In this document: positions 40,320 to 51,030 of the stretch, piece by piece
Layout of the letters: every line of letters begins with the position of its first letter
Position numbering within the stretch: position 1 is the stretch's first letter
DNA from: Aquabacterium sp.
GTDB lineage: Bacteria; Pseudomonadota; Gammaproteobacteria; Burkholderiales; Burkholderiaceae_C
Direction of reading: 5' to 3'
Length of the DNA stretch: 64,000 nucleotides
NCBI RefSeq assembly: GCF_034003525.1
Contig: NZ_JAVEYN010000014.1
Coordinates: forward strand, 24,838 to 88,837
Position numbers and translations under genes: made by a program
The notes under the pieces: generated by a model
Database searches by the model: none
What the model was told of the DNA's origin: nothing
The model's input: the letters and a program-made list of their open reading frames with translations, nothing else

Positions 40320-41207
40320 TCAGTGCCAGGTCTCGGACAACAGGCGCGCGTAGTGCACGCCCGAGCGGCCCAGCACGGCCTCGAACGGCGCAGGCGGGGC
40401 CACATTTGGCTGCTTCAAAAGGTCGACCGCTTCGCTGCTCCAGGGGCTGGCCGACACCAGGTCGCCCAGGAGGGCGCTGAGCGAGGTCAGTGCATCGGGC
40501 AGCCTCAGCACCTTGGCCGGGCGATGCCCCAGTTGCTGGCTCAGGCTGGCAATGAACACGCCCAACTGAACTGCTTCGGGCCCCACGCAGGCCAGGGGCC
40601 CCGGAGATTGGGGGCTGTGGGTCAGCAGTTTCACCACGGCGTCGGCCAGGTCGGTCACCGCCACGGGCTGAACCTGGGCATCGATCACCGGGCCGGGCAG
40701 CAGCGCCACCGGCAAGCGGGCCAGATTCACAAACAGGGCGCTGCTGGCGCCTCCTCGGCCGAACACGATGCTGGGCCGCAAGATGGTGGCCGACAGACGG
40801 CCCGCCGCCACCAGCGCCTGCAGGTGCTGCTCGGCGGCCAGTTTGGTCTGCGCATACTGGGTGGGGCTGTGCTCGATGCCCAGGGCCGAGATTTGAATGA
40901 CCCGGGGCACGCCCGTCTGGACGCAGGCATCGAACAAGGCCTTCGGGGTGTCGGTGTGCACGGCGGTGATGGGGCGGCTGCCCGTGCTGCGCAGGACACC
41001 GACTGCGTTGATGACCACGTCCATGTCACGCACGCGCGGCAGCCAGTCGGCCACGTGCACATCGTGCGCATAGTCGATGGCGATGCGGTCGCGCTCGCCC
41101 GGACGCACCGATGACACGCCGCCGATCACCTCGTGACCTGCGCGCACCAAGGCACTTTGGAGGTGGCTGCCGACGAAGCCACGGGCACCGCAGAGCAGGA
41201 TCTTCAT
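40320..41207 (-). CDS. NAD(P)H-binding SDR / NDUFA9-like protein, copy 2 (paralog of 35829..36710)
   Basis: It starts MKILLCGARGFVGSH and has YAQTK. It is alignable by eye along its whole length with copy 1 (shared blocks VINAVGVLR, RPSIVFGRGGASS, QPVAVTDLAD, LGHR). Confidence 0.85.
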   Translation of the reverse strand: MKILLCGARGFVGSHLQSALVRAGHEVIGGVSSVRPGERDRIAIDYAHDVHVADWLPRVRDMDVVINAVGVLRSTGSRPITAVHTDTPKALFDACVQTGVPRVIQISALGIEHSPTQYAQTKLAAEQHLQALVAAGRLSATILRPSIVFGRGGASSALFVNLARLPVALLPGPVIDAQVQPVAVTDLADAVVKLLTHSPQSPGPLACVGPEAVQLGVFIASLSQQLGHRPAKVLRLPDALTSLSALLGDLVSASPWSSEAVDLLKQPNVAPPAPFEAVLGRSGVHYARLLSETWH

Positions 41208-41332
41208 GGCGGACTCCTGGTACCGGCGAACGCGTCGCCGGCTTATGTGGACAGGCTTTAAGTGTGCCCTGCTGCACCCGAGGACACACCTTTGTCGTGG
41301 CGGTGACGTGGTTTTGACTCACATGAGGGCAC

Positions 41333-41362
41333 AAAAAAGCCCGCCGAGTTTCCCCGGCGGGC
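41333..41362 (-). terminator. rho-independent terminator after acnB
   Basis: The minus strand reads GCCCGCCG-GGGAAACT-CGGCGGGC followed by TTTTTTGT. Confidence 0.8.
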
Positions 41363-41400
41363 TTGGGTGTCAGCTCAGCGCTGCGTCAGGGACGCAAGGC

Positions 41401-43992
41401 TCAGGCCTTCACGGTCTTGGCGGTTTCCACGTACTCTTCAATCTGGTTGAAGTTCATGTACTTGTAGACGTTGCCGGCGTCCTTGGCCACGACACCGATT
41501 TCAGCCATGTACTCGGCCGGGGTCGGCAGCTTGCCCAACTTGGAGGCGACGGCGGTCAGCTCGGCCGAGCCCAGGAACACGTTGGTGTTCTTGCCCAGAC
41601 GGTTCGGGAAGTTACGGGTCGACGTGGAGATACAGGTCGAGCCTTCCTTGATCTGAGCCTGGTTGCCCATGCACAGGGAGCAGCCCGGCATTTCGGTGCG
41701 GGCACCGGCTTGGCCGAAGGTGTTGTAGTAGCCTTCCTTGGTCAGCTCGGCAGCGTCCATCTTGGTGGGCGGGGCCACCCACAGACGCACCGGGATGTCC
41801 TTCTTGCCTTCCAGCAGCTTGCCGGCGGCACGGAAGTGACCGATGTTGGTCATGCACGAACCGATGAAGGCTTCGTCGATCTTGGTGCCAGCGACTTCGG
41901 ACAGGAACTTGGCGTCGTCCGGGTCGTTCGGGCAGCAGACGATCGGCTCCTTGATGTCGGCCAGGTCGATCTCGATGACGGCAGCGTACTCGGCGTCCTT
42001 GTCGGCTTCCAGCAGGTTGGGGTTGGCCAACCAGGCTTCCTGGGCCTTGATGCGGCGCTCCAGGGTGCGGGCGTCCTGGTAACCGTTGGCGATCATGTTC
42101 TTCATCAGAACGATGTTCGACTTCAGGTACTCGGCCACCGGCTCCTTGTTCAGCTTGATGGTGCAACCAGCAGCGGAACGTTCGGCGGAGGCGTCGGACA
42201 GTTCGAACGCTTGCTCGACCTTCAGGTCAGGCAGACCTTCGATTTCGAGGATGCGGCCCGAGAAGATGTTCTTCTTGCCAGCCTTGGCGACGGTCAGCAG
42301 ACCCGCCTTGATGGCGTACAGGGGGATGGCATGCACCAGGTCACGCAGGGTGACGCCAGGCTGCATTTCGCCCTTGAAGCGCACCAGCACCGACTCAGGC
42401 ATGTCCAGCGGCATCACGCCGGTGGCGGCGCCGAAGGCGACCAGACCCGAACCAGCGGGGAAGGAGATGCCGATCGGGAAGCGGGTGTGCGAGTCGCCAC
42501 CGGTGCCGACGGTGTCGGGCAACAGCAGACGGTTCAGCCACGAGTGGATCACGCCGTCGCCCGGACGCAGGGCCACGCCGCCGCGGTTCGAGATGAAGGC
42601 GGGCAACTCGCGGTGCATCTTCACGTCCACGGGCTTCGGATAAGCCGCGGTGTGGCAGAACGATTGCATGACCAGGTCGGCCGAGAAGCCCAGGCAAGCC
42701 AAGTCCTTCAGCTCGTCACGGGTCATCGGGCCGGTGGTGTCTTGCGAACCCACGGTCGTCATCTTGGGCTCGCAGTAGGTGCCCGGACGCACGCCCTTGC
42801 CTTCAGGCAGACCGCAGGCGCGACCGACCATCTTCTGGGCCAGGGTGAAGCCCTTGCCGCTGTCGACCGGTGCCTGGGGCAGACGGAAAGCGGTGGAAGC
42901 GGGCAGACCCAGGAAGTCACGGGCCTTGGCGGTCAGCGAGCGGCCGATGATCAGGTTGATGCGGCCACCAGCCTGGACTTCGTCCAGCAGCACTTGCGAC
43001 TTCAGTTCGAACTTGGCTGCGACAGCGCCGTTCTTCTCGATCTTGCCTTCGTAAGGGTAGATGTCGATGACATCACCCATTTCGAAGTTGGACACGTCCA
43101 CTTCGATGGGCAGGGAGCCGGAGTCTTCTTGCGTGTTGAAGAAGATGGGGGCGATCTTGCCGCCCAGGGTCACGCCGCCGAAGCGCTTGTTGGGCACGAA
43201 GGGGATGTCTTCGCCGGTGGCCCAGATCACGCTGTTGGTGGCCGACTTACGCGAAGAGCCGGTACCGACCACGTCGCCGACGTAGGCGACCAGGTTGCCC
43301 TTCTTCTTCAGGTCTTCGATGAACTGCATCGGGCCGCGCTTGCCGTCTTCTTCGGGCTTGAAGGCCGCGTCAGGACGGGTGTTCTTGAGCATCGCCAGAT
43401 AGTGCATCGGGATGTCAGGACGGCTCCATGCATCGGGAGCGGGCGACAGGTCGTCGGTGTTGGTTTCGCCAGGCACCTTGAACACGGTCACGGTGATCTT
43501 CTTGGCGACCGGAGGACGGCTGGTGAACCACTCGGCATCGGCCCAGGATTGGATCACGGCCTTGGCGTTGGCATTGCCACCCTTGGCGAGTTCGGCGACG
43601 TCGTGGAAGAAGTCGAACATCAGCAGGGTCTTCTTGAGCGCGTCAGCGGCGATGGTGCCAACTTCTGCGTCACCCAGCAGGTCGATCAGTGGCTTGACGT
43701 TGTAGCCGCCGACCATGGTGCCGAGCAGCTCGGTGGCCTTGGCGCGCGAGATCAGACCCACCTTCAGTTCGCCATCGGCGACGGCGGTCAGGAAGGAGGC
43801 CTTGACCTTGGCCGCATCGTCCACGCCCGGAGGCACGCGATGGGTCAGCAGGTCCAGCAGGAACGCGTCTTCGCCAGCGGGCGGGTTCTTGATCAGCTCG
43901 ATCAGTTCAGCGGTCTGCTGGGCCGACAGGGCCAGAGGGGGGATACCGAGGGCAGCGCGCTCGGCAACGTGTTCGCGATAGGCTTGCAACAT
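41401..43992 (-). CDS. acnB: bifunctional aconitate hydratase 2 / 2-methylisocitrate dehydratase
   Basis: 863 aa starting [22 protein letters not shown] (AcnB N-terminal HEAT-like domain). C-terminal Fe-S ligand blocks are present ([17 protein letters not shown]). The start was trimmed to the ATG at 43992. Confidence 0.95.
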   Translation of the reverse strand: MLQAYREHVAERAALGIPPLALSAQQTAELIELIKNPPAGEDAFLLDLLTHRVPPGVDDAAKVKASFLTAVADGELKVGLISRAKATELLGTMVGGYNVKPLIDLLGDAEVGTIAADALKKTLLMFDFFHDVAELAKGGNANAKAVIQSWADAEWFTSRPPVAKKITVTVFKVPGETNTDDLSPAPDAWSRPDIPMHYLAMLKNTRPDAAFKPEEDGKRGPMQFIEDLKKKGNLVAYVGDVVGTGSSRKSATNSVIWATGEDIPFVPNKRFGGVTLGGKIAPIFFNTQEDSGSLPIEVDVSNFEMGDVIDIYPYEGKIEKNGAVAAKFELKSQVLLDEVQAGGRINLIIGRSLTAKARDFLGLPASTAFRLPQAPVDSGKGFTLAQKMVGRACGLPEGKGVRPGTYCEPKMTTVGSQDTTGPMTRDELKDLACLGFSADLVMQSFCHTAAYPKPVDVKMHRELPAFISNRGGVALRPGDGVIHSWLNRLLLPDTVGTGGDSHTRFPIGISFPAGSGLVAFGAATGVMPLDMPESVLVRFKGEMQPGVTLRDLVHAIPLYAIKAGLLTVAKAGKKNIFSGRILEIEGLPDLKVEQAFELSDASAERSAAGCTIKLNKEPVAEYLKSNIVLMKNMIANGYQDARTLERRIKAQEAWLANPNLLEADKDAEYAAVIEIDLADIKEPIVCCPNDPDDAKFLSEVAGTKIDEAFIGSCMTNIGHFRAAGKLLEGKKDIPVRLWVAPPTKMDAAELTKEGYYNTFGQAGARTEMPGCSLCMGNQAQIKEGSTCISTSTRNFPNRLGKNTNVFLGSAELTAVASKLGKLPTPAEYMAEIGVVAKDAGNVYKYMNFNQIEEYVETAKTVKA

Positions 43993-44208
43993 GGTGTTCA
44001 CCTGGTGTTGAGGGGCAAGAAGATCGAACGCGGATCCGACATGCGGATCCTCCAAAAAAGAATCACCGCCGTGGGGCAGAAAACGCGTCGCTCGCGTGGA
44101 AAGGTCATTTCCGTGCAGCCCGCTATTTTCGCCCACCCCGGCGGTGAATGTCACGAAATCGACGCGAAATCACGCAATTTCACGTCGCTCATCGTCTGAA
44201 AAACCCCA

Positions 44209-44727
44209 TCAGTTGCCGGCAGGGCCAAACAGAGAGGGGCGTGGGCTGTTGCGCAGGTCGGCTTCGGCGGCCCGCTGCACATCGTGCACGCAGCCATCCA
44301 CCAGGCGACGACCGGCTTTGCGGTCCATCACCATGGACTTGGTCAGGATCTGTATCAGCAGGGCATTGCCCTTGACGTCTTCCAGACGCACGGCACCGGT
44401 GCTCGACACCACGGGCTTCATGACCCAGGCCTGGCGGTCCAGTTTCAGGTCGAAGTAGCCGGCATGGCGCTCGCTGCGGTCCACGGACACGGACTTGCCG
44501 AATTCACAGGCGTAGCGCCCGGTCAGCACACGCTCGGCCGCCTGCAACTGCTCGGCGCTGGCTTCAGGCGGGGGCGTGAAGTTGTTGGACAGCGTCTGCT
44601 TGCTGGCTGAGGTGACCCGGGCGTGGGCCAACTGGGGTGCCAGCACGCTGGCGGCCATGCCCAACACCATGCCAGCCGTCAGGGCCAGGGTGCGGGTGCG
44701 TTGGTGGCGAGAGGTGAGTGTGCTCAT
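44209..44727 (-). CDS. hypothetical secreted protein (signal peptide, two Cys)
   Basis: 172 aa. The N-terminus MSTLTSRHQRTRTLALTAGMVLGMAASVLAPQLAHA looks like a Sec signal with an AHA cleavage site. The codon bias is GC3-rich like its neighbours. I recognise no family. Confidence 0.6.
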   Translation of the reverse strand: MSTLTSRHQRTRTLALTAGMVLGMAASVLAPQLAHARVTSASKQTLSNNFTPPPEASAEQLQAAERVLTGRYACEFGKSVSVDRSERHAGYFDLKLDRQAWVMKPVVSSTGAVRLEDVKGNALLIQILTKSMVMDRKAGRRLVDGCVHDVQRAAEADLRNSPRPSLFGPAGN

Positions 44728-44846
44728 GGTGTGGGGCGTGGCTGACGTGGAACAGAGGCCGATTTTGCCGTCGATCCCATGTTCGTGCACGTGAGCGGGG
44801 CAAGCAAATGTACGCCGCCCACGCGCAAGCTGGGAGGGGGTTTGCC

Positions 44847-46034
44847 TCAGAAGGTGTCGCCTGGTACGCGCACCCAGCCTTCCATGAGGATGCGGGCGCT
44901 GCGGCTCATGATGGCCTTGGTCACCGTCCACTGGCCGTTGACCTGCTTGGCCTGGGCGCCGACACGCAAGGTTCCGGAGGGGTGGCCGAAGCGCACGGCT
45001 TCGCGCTCGCCGCCGCCAGCGGCCTGGTTGACCAGGGTGCCGGGGATGGCGGCTGCGGTGCCGATGGCGACCGCACAGGTCCCCATCATGGCGTGGTGCA
45101 GCTTGCCCATCGACAGGGCGCGCACCAGCAGGTCCACGTCACCGGCCTCGATCGTCTTGCCGCTGGAAGCTGTATAGGTGGTGGGGGGAGCCACGAAGGC
45201 GATCTTCGGAGTGTGCTGGCGGGTGGCCGCCTCTTCCGGCGTCTTGATCAGCCCCATGCGCAGGGCGCCGGCCACACGGATGGCCTCGAAGCGTTTGAGC
45301 GCCTCGGCGTCCGTGTTGATCTGCTCGCGCAACTCGGTGCCGGTGTAACCAATGTCCTTGGCGTTGACGAAAACGGTCGGGATGCCCGCCGTGATCATCG
45401 TGGCCTTGAGGGTGCCGATGCCGGGCACGTCCAGGTCATCAACCAGGTTGCCCGTGGGGAACATCGAGCCACCCTCGTCGCCATCATCGGACGGATCCAT
45501 GAATTCGAGCACGATCTCGGCAGCCGGGAAGGTCACGCCGTCGAGTTCGAAATCACCGGTTTCCTGCACCTGACCGTTGGTCACGGGCACGTGGGCGATG
45601 ATGGTCTTCTGGATGTTGGCCTGCCAAACGCGTACCACGGCCACGCCGTTTTGCGGAATGCGTGACGGGTCGACCAGACCCGCGTGGATGGCGAAAGCGC
45701 CCGCGGCGGTGGAGAGGTTGCCGCAGTTGCCCGACCAGTCCACAAAGGGCTTGTCGATCGAGACCTGACCGTAAAGGTAGTCCACATCGTGATCGGGCAC
45801 GCTGGACTTGGACAGGATCACGCACTTGCTGGTGCTCGACGTGGCCCCGCCCATGCCGTCGATGTGGGCGGCATAGGGATCGGGGCTGCCGATGACGCGC
45901 AGGAACAGCTTGTCACGGGCCGCGCCAGGCACCTGGCAGGCCTCGGGCAGGTCCTGCAGGCGGAAGAACACGCCCTTGCTGGTGCCGCCACGGATGTAGG
46001 TGGCGGGGATTTTGATTTGTGCGGGATGAGCCAT
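44847..46034 (-). CDS. prpF: 2-methylaconitate cis-trans isomerase
   Basis: 395 aa starting MAHPAQIKIPATYIRGGTSKGVFF (PrpF signature). It follows acnD. Confidence 0.93.
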   Translation of the reverse strand: MAHPAQIKIPATYIRGGTSKGVFFRLQDLPEACQVPGAARDKLFLRVIGSPDPYAAHIDGMGGATSSTSKCVILSKSSVPDHDVDYLYGQVSIDKPFVDWSGNCGNLSTAAGAFAIHAGLVDPSRIPQNGVAVVRVWQANIQKTIIAHVPVTNGQVQETGDFELDGVTFPAAEIVLEFMDPSDDGDEGGSMFPTGNLVDDLDVPGIGTLKATMITAGIPTVFVNAKDIGYTGTELREQINTDAEALKRFEAIRVAGALRMGLIKTPEEAATRQHTPKIAFVAPPTTYTASSGKTIEAGDVDLLVRALSMGKLHHAMMGTCAVAIGTAAAIPGTLVNQAAGGGEREAVRFGHPSGTLRVGAQAKQVNGQWTVTKAIMSRSARILMEGWVRVPGDTF

Positions 46035-46186
46035 CACACGCTCCTTCAATTCACATGGTGCCGAAGCGCGCAAAGCTTTGCGTCACTCCGGCCTGACCCA
46101 GCGGCAGCCGTGGATCCGGCTTTGCCGGTCCACTGGCTGCGCCCCCTTGAGGGGGAGCGCCAAAGGCGCTCGGGGGTGGTCGGTTC

Positions 46187-48799
46187 TTACTTGTTTTCAG
46201 CCAGGAAGTCTTGTGCGAAGCGCTGCAGCACGCCACCGGCTTCGTACACCGACACTTCTTCGGCGGTGTCCAGACGGCAGGTCATCGGCACCTTCACCAC
46301 TTCGCCATTCTTGCGGGTGATGACCAGGGTCAGGTCGGCGCGCGGCTTCAGTTCGCCTTCCACGTCATAGGTCTCGGTGCCGTCCAGACCCAGGGTCAGG
46401 CGGGTGGTGCCCGGCTTGAACTCCAGCGGCATCACGCCCATGCCGATCAGGTTGGTGCGGTGGATGCGCTCGAAGCCTTCGGCGGCAATCGCTTCCACGC
46501 CAGCCAGGCGCACGCCCTTGGCGGCCCAGTCGCGCGAGGAGCCCTGGCCGTAGTCGGCGCCGGCCACGATGATCAGCGGCTGCTTGCGGTCCAGATAGGT
46601 CTCGATGGCTTCCCACATGCGCATGACCTTGCCTTCCGGTTCCACGCGGGCCAGCGAGCCCGGCTGCACCGAGCCATCTTCCTTGCGCACCATCTCGTTC
46701 TTCAGCGTGGGGTTCGCGAAGGTGGCGCGCATGGCGGTCAGGTGGTCACCACGGTGGGTGGCGTAGGAGTTGAAGTCCTCTTCCGGCAGGCCCATTTTGT
46801 GCAGGTACTCACCGGCAGCCGAGTTCATCAAGATCGCGTTGGACGGCGACAGGTGGTCGGTGGTGATGTTGTCTGGCAGGATGGCCAGCGGGCGCATGCC
46901 CTTGAGCGTGCGCGGGTTGGCAGCCAGGGCGCCGACCCCTTCCGTGTCCCAGTAAGGCGGGCGACGGATGTAGGTGGACTGCGGACGCCAGTCGTACTGA
47001 GGCGACACCTTCTCGCCCTTGTCGGCCTGGATGGCGAACATCGGCTCGTACACGGCGCGGAACATCTCGGGCTTCACCGAAGCCTTGACGATGGCGTCGA
47101 TCTCGTCGTCCGAAGGCCAGATGTCCTTCAGGCGGATTTCCTTGCCATCGACCACGGCCAGCACATCGTTTTCGATGTCAAAGCGCACGGTGCCGGCAAT
47201 CGCGTAGGCCACGACCAGCGGCGGCGAAGCCAGGAAGGCCTGCTTGGCGTAGGGGTGGATGCGGCCGTCGAAGTTGCGGTTGCCCGACAGCACAGCGGTG
47301 GCGTACAGGTCGCGGTCGATGATCTCTTGCTGGATCTTCGGGTCTAGCGCGCCCGACATACCGTTGCAGGTCGTGCAGGCAAAGGCCACGATGCCGAAAC
47401 CGAGCTTTTCCAGGTCGCCCAGCAGGTTCGCTTCCTTCAGGTACAGCTCCACGGCCTTCGAGCCAGGGGCCAGCGAAGACTTCACCCAAGGCTTGCGGGT
47501 CAGGCCCAGCTTGTTGGCATTGCGGGCCAGCAGGGCGGCCGCGATCACGTTGCGCGGGTTGGAGGTGTTGGTGCACGAGGTGATGGCCGCGATGATCACG
47601 GCGCCATCGGGCATCGTGCCTTCGCTGGCAGCCGGCATGGCCCACTTGCCGGCGATGCCCTTGGCCGCCAGATCGCTCGTGGCGACACGGGCGTGCGGGT
47701 TGGACGGGCCGGCCATGTTGCGCACCACGCTCGACAGGTCGAACGTCAGGTCACGTTCGTACACGGCGTTCTTGAGCGAATCCGACCACAGGCCGGCTTG
47801 CTTGGCATAGGTCTCCACCAGCTTGACCTGTTCGGCGTCGCGGCCGGTCAGCGTCAGGTAGTCCAGGGTTTGCTGGTCGATGCTGAACATGGCGGCGGTG
47901 GCGCCGTACTCGGGGGCCATGTTCGAGATCGTGGCGCGGTCACCGATGGTCAGCTTGGCAGCGCCTTCGCCGTAGAACTCGAGGTAAGCACCCACCACCT
48001 TGTTCTTGCGCAGGAACTCGGTCAGGGCCAGCACCACGTCGGTGGCGGTGATGCCAGGCTGGCGTTGGCCGGTCAGCTTCACGCCGACGATTTCAGGCAG
48101 GCGCATCCACGAAGCGCGGCCCAGCATCACGTTCTCGGCTTCCAGTCCGCCCACGCCAATGGCGATCACGCCCAGCGCGTCCACGTGCGGGGTGTGCGAG
48201 TCGGTGCCCACGCAGGTGTCGGGGTAGGCCAGGCCGTTGTCGGCATGGATCACCGGCGACATCTTCTCCAGGTTGATCTGGTGCATGATGCCGTTGCCCG
48301 CCGGGATCACGTCCACGTTGGCGAAGGCCTTCTTGGTCCACTCGATGAAGTGGAAGCGGTCTTCGTTGCGGCGCTCTTCGATCTCGCGGTTCTTCTTGAA
48401 CGCGTCGGGGTCGAAGCCCCCGCACTCCACAGCCAGCGAGTGGTCCACGATCAGCTGCACGGGCACCACCGGGTTCACCTTGGCCGGGTCGCCGCCTTCC
48501 TTGGCGATGGCGTCACGCAGGCCGGCCAGGTCCACGAGGGCGGTCTGGCCCAAGATGTCGTGGCAGGCCACGCGGGCCGGGAACCAGGGGAAGTCGCGCT
48601 CGCGCTTGCGGTCGATGAGCTGCGTCAGGCACTCGGTGATGATGGCCGGGTCGGCCTTGCGCACGATGTTTTCGGCGTGCACGCGCGAGGTGTAGGGCAG
48701 GGTGGCCCAGGCACCCGGCTTGATGGCTTCCACGGCGGCTTCGGTGTCGAAGTAGTCCAGCGTGGTGCCGGGCAGGTTCTTGCGGTATTGGGTGTTCAT
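46187..48799 (-). CDS. acnD: Fe/S-dependent 2-methylcitrate dehydratase
   Basis: 870 aa, aconitase A-like ([19 protein letters not shown]). Its position between prpC and prpF defines AcnD. Confidence 0.93.
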   Translation of the reverse strand: MNTQYRKNLPGTTLDYFDTEAAVEAIKPGAWATLPYTSRVHAENIVRKADPAIITECLTQLIDRKRERDFPWFPARVACHDILGQTALVDLAGLRDAIAKEGGDPAKVNPVVPVQLIVDHSLAVECGGFDPDAFKKNREIEERRNEDRFHFIEWTKKAFANVDVIPAGNGIMHQINLEKMSPVIHADNGLAYPDTCVGTDSHTPHVDALGVIAIGVGGLEAENVMLGRASWMRLPEIVGVKLTGQRQPGITATDVVLALTEFLRKNKVVGAYLEFYGEGAAKLTIGDRATISNMAPEYGATAAMFSIDQQTLDYLTLTGRDAEQVKLVETYAKQAGLWSDSLKNAVYERDLTFDLSSVVRNMAGPSNPHARVATSDLAAKGIAGKWAMPAASEGTMPDGAVIIAAITSCTNTSNPRNVIAAALLARNANKLGLTRKPWVKSSLAPGSKAVELYLKEANLLGDLEKLGFGIVAFACTTCNGMSGALDPKIQQEIIDRDLYATAVLSGNRNFDGRIHPYAKQAFLASPPLVVAYAIAGTVRFDIENDVLAVVDGKEIRLKDIWPSDDEIDAIVKASVKPEMFRAVYEPMFAIQADKGEKVSPQYDWRPQSTYIRRPPYWDTEGVGALAANPRTLKGMRPLAILPDNITTDHLSPSNAILMNSAAGEYLHKMGLPEEDFNSYATHRGDHLTAMRATFANPTLKNEMVRKEDGSVQPGSLARVEPEGKVMRMWEAIETYLDRKQPLIIVAGADYGQGSSRDWAAKGVRLAGVEAIAAEGFERIHRTNLIGMGVMPLEFKPGTTRLTLGLDGTETYDVEGELKPRADLTLVITRKNGEVVKVPMTCRLDTAEEVSVYEAGGVLQRFAQDFLAENK

Positions 48800-48844
48800 G
48801 GCTGGCAGCGGTGAGGGGTGGGGCGACGCGGGGTCGACAAGGTC

Positions 48845-48877
48845 AAAAGGCGCCACACGTTTTGCTCATGTGGCGCC
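48845..48877 (-). terminator. attenuator-like hairpin between prpC and acnD
   Basis: The minus strand reads GGCGCCACA-(11 nt)-TGTGGCGCC followed by TTTTGA. The U-tract is short. Confidence 0.4.
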
Positions 48878-48897
48878 CTTGTCCTGGCTGGTCAGAA

Positions 48898-50061
48898 TTA
48901 CTTGCGCTTCTTCAGCGGCACGAACTTCTGATCCTCTGGGCCGGTGTAGTTGGCCGACGGACGGATGATCTTCCCGTCAATGCGTTGCTCGATCACGTGG
49001 GCCGACCAGCCGGAGGTGCGGGCGATCACGAACAGCGGGGTGAACATGTCGGTGGGCACGCCCATCATGTGATAGCTCACGGCCGAGAACCAGTCCAGGT
49101 TCGGGAACATCTTCTTGATTTCCCACATCACCGATTCCAGACGTTCGGCGATGTTGTACATCTTCATGTTGCTCTGTTCCTTGGACAGGTCTTCCGCCAC
49201 CTTCTTGATGACCACGTTGCGCGGGTCGCTCACGGTGTAGACGGGGTGACCGAAGCCGATCACGACTTCCTTCTTTTCCACGCGGGCGCGGATGTCGGCC
49301 TCGGCCTCATCCGGGTTGTCGTAGCGCTTCTGGATTTCGAAGGCGACTTCGTTGGCGCCACCGTGCTTCGGGCCACGCAGGGCGCCGATGCCACCGCAGA
49401 TGGCCGAGTACATGTCGGAGCCCGTGCCGGCCACCACGCGCGAGGTGAAGGTCGAGGCGTTGAACTCGTGCTCGGCGTACAGGATCAGCGAGGTGTGCAT
49501 CGCGCGCACCCAGCTGTCGCGGGGCTTCTCGCCATGCAGCAGGTGCAGGAAGTGGCCGCCGATGGAGTCGTCATCGGTCTCGACTTCGATGCGCTTGCCG
49601 TTGTAGGCGAAGTGGTACCAGTACAGCAGCATCGAGCCCAGCGAGGCCATCAGCTTGTCGGCGATGTCGCGGGCACCAGGGTGGTTGTGGTCTTCCTTCT
49701 CGGGCTTGACGCAACCCAGCACCGACACGCCGGTGCGCATCACGTCCATCGGGTGCGAAGAGGGGGGCAGTTGCTCCAGGGCGACCTTGACGGCGGCGGG
49801 CAGGCCGCGCAGGGCCTTCAGCTTGGCCTTGTAGCCAGCCAGTTCGGCCACGGTGGGCAGCTTGCCGTGCACCAGCAGGTGGGCAATTTCTTCGAACTCG
49901 CTGGTGGTGGCCAGGTCGAGGATGTCGTAGCCACGGTAGGCCAGGTCATTGCCCGTGCGGCCCACGGTGCACAGGGCGGTGTTGCCGGCGGCGGTGCCAG
50001 ACAGGGCCACAGACTTCTTGGGCTTGAAACCAGGGGTGGTCGTCTCGGGGGTAGCGCTCAT
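48898..50061 (-). CDS. prpC: 2-methylcitrate synthase
   Basis: 387 aa of the citrate synthase family (GFGHPVYT block). It lies in the prp operon. The start was trimmed to MSATPETT. Confidence 0.93.
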   Translation of the reverse strand: MSATPETTTPGFKPKKSVALSGTAAGNTALCTVGRTGNDLAYRGYDILDLATTSEFEEIAHLLVHGKLPTVAELAGYKAKLKALRGLPAAVKVALEQLPPSSHPMDVMRTGVSVLGCVKPEKEDHNHPGARDIADKLMASLGSMLLYWYHFAYNGKRIEVETDDDSIGGHFLHLLHGEKPRDSWVRAMHTSLILYAEHEFNASTFTSRVVAGTGSDMYSAICGGIGALRGPKHGGANEVAFEIQKRYDNPDEAEADIRARVEKKEVVIGFGHPVYTVSDPRNVVIKKVAEDLSKEQSNMKMYNIAERLESVMWEIKKMFPNLDWFSAVSYHMMGVPTDMFTPLFVIARTSGWSAHVIEQRIDGKIIRPSANYTGPEDQKFVPLKKRK

Positions 50062-50098
50062 GGGATGTGTCTCCAGATGAGATGTGGCAACAGGGGTT

Positions 50099-50983
50099 TT
50101 ACTTCTTGGCAGCGAACAGCGCGTCGAGCTTTTGCTCGAAGGCGTGGTAGCCAATGCGGTCGTACAACTCTTCGCGAGTCTGCATCAAGTCCACGACACT
50201 CTTTTGATGGCCGTCACGGCGGATGGCGGCGTACACGGCTTCTGCAGCCTTGTTCATGGCGCGGAAGGCGCTCAGTGGGTACAGCACCATGCCGACGCCC
50301 GTGGGGCGCAGCTCGTCCACGCTGAACAGCGGGGTCTTGCCGAACTCGGTGATGTTGGCCAGCACGGGCACGTTCACGGCCTTGCAGAACTTCTCGTAGG
50401 TGGGCAGGTCGTAGGCGGCTTCGGCGAAGATGCCGTCGGCGCCAGCTTCCACGCACTTGATGGCACGCTCGATGGCAGCGTCCACGCCGTGCACCTGGAT
50501 CGCGTCGGTGCGTGCGATCAGGAAGAAGTCCGGATCGGTCTTGGCATCGGCGGCGGCCTTCACGCGGTCCACCATTTCTTCGGTGGTCACGATTTCCTTG
50601 CCGGGGCGGTGGCCGCAGCGCTTGGCGCCCACCTGGTCTTCAATGTGGCAAGCGGCGGCGCCGGCCTTGATCAGGCTCTTGACGGTGCGCTCGATGTTGA
50701 AGGCCGAGGGGCCGAAGCCGGTGTCGATGTCAACCAGCAGGGGCGTGTCGCACACATCGGTGATGCGGCGCACGTCGATCAGCACGTCGTCCATCGTGTT
50801 GATGCCCAGGTCGGGCAAGCCCAGCGAGCCTGCGGCGACGCCGCCACCCGACAGGTAGATGGCGCGGTAACCCGCGCGCTTGGCCAGCAGGGCATGGTTG
50901 GCGTTGATGGCGCCAATGATCTGCAGCGGCGATTCGTCCTTGAGGGCCTGGCGAAAGCGTGCGCCGGGGGAGGTGAGTGCCAT
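50099..50983 (-). CDS. prpB: methylisocitrate lyase
   Basis: 294 aa of the ICL/PEP-mutase family ([12 protein letters not shown] block). A GGAGA Shine-Dalgarno sequence precedes the ATG at 50983. Confidence 0.93.
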   Translation of the reverse strand: MALTSPGARFRQALKDESPLQIIGAINANHALLAKRAGYRAIYLSGGGVAAGSLGLPDLGINTMDDVLIDVRRITDVCDTPLLVDIDTGFGPSAFNIERTVKSLIKAGAAACHIEDQVGAKRCGHRPGKEIVTTEEMVDRVKAAADAKTDPDFFLIARTDAIQVHGVDAAIERAIKCVEAGADGIFAEAAYDLPTYEKFCKAVNVPVLANITEFGKTPLFSVDELRPTGVGMVLYPLSAFRAMNKAAEAVYAAIRRDGHQKSVVDLMQTREELYDRIGYHAFEQKLDALFAAKK

Positions 50984-51030
50984 GTGGGGTCTCCAGTGGA
51001 ACGTGTCAGCGAGGAATGCTGGGTAACAAC

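Noticed and set aside
44029-44181. Direct repeat GCGGATCC-N5-GCGGATCC (44030..44050) and GAAAT-N6-ATTTC (44166..44181) upstream of acnB
   Set aside because: The repeats are short (5-8 bp), so chance occurrence is plausible. I cannot tie them to a regulator. They are only worth revisiting if conserved in orthologous regions.
41206-44199. 997-aa plus-strand ORF
   Set aside because: It is antisense to acnB and has the same low-complexity Gly/Arg/Val/Asp/His-rich composition. AcnB on the opposite strand is unambiguous.
44620-44727. Possible Tat signal in the secreted orphan (RHQRTRT)
   Set aside because: There is no twin-arginine SRRxFLK-like motif and the arginines are separated. A Sec-type signal is more likely.
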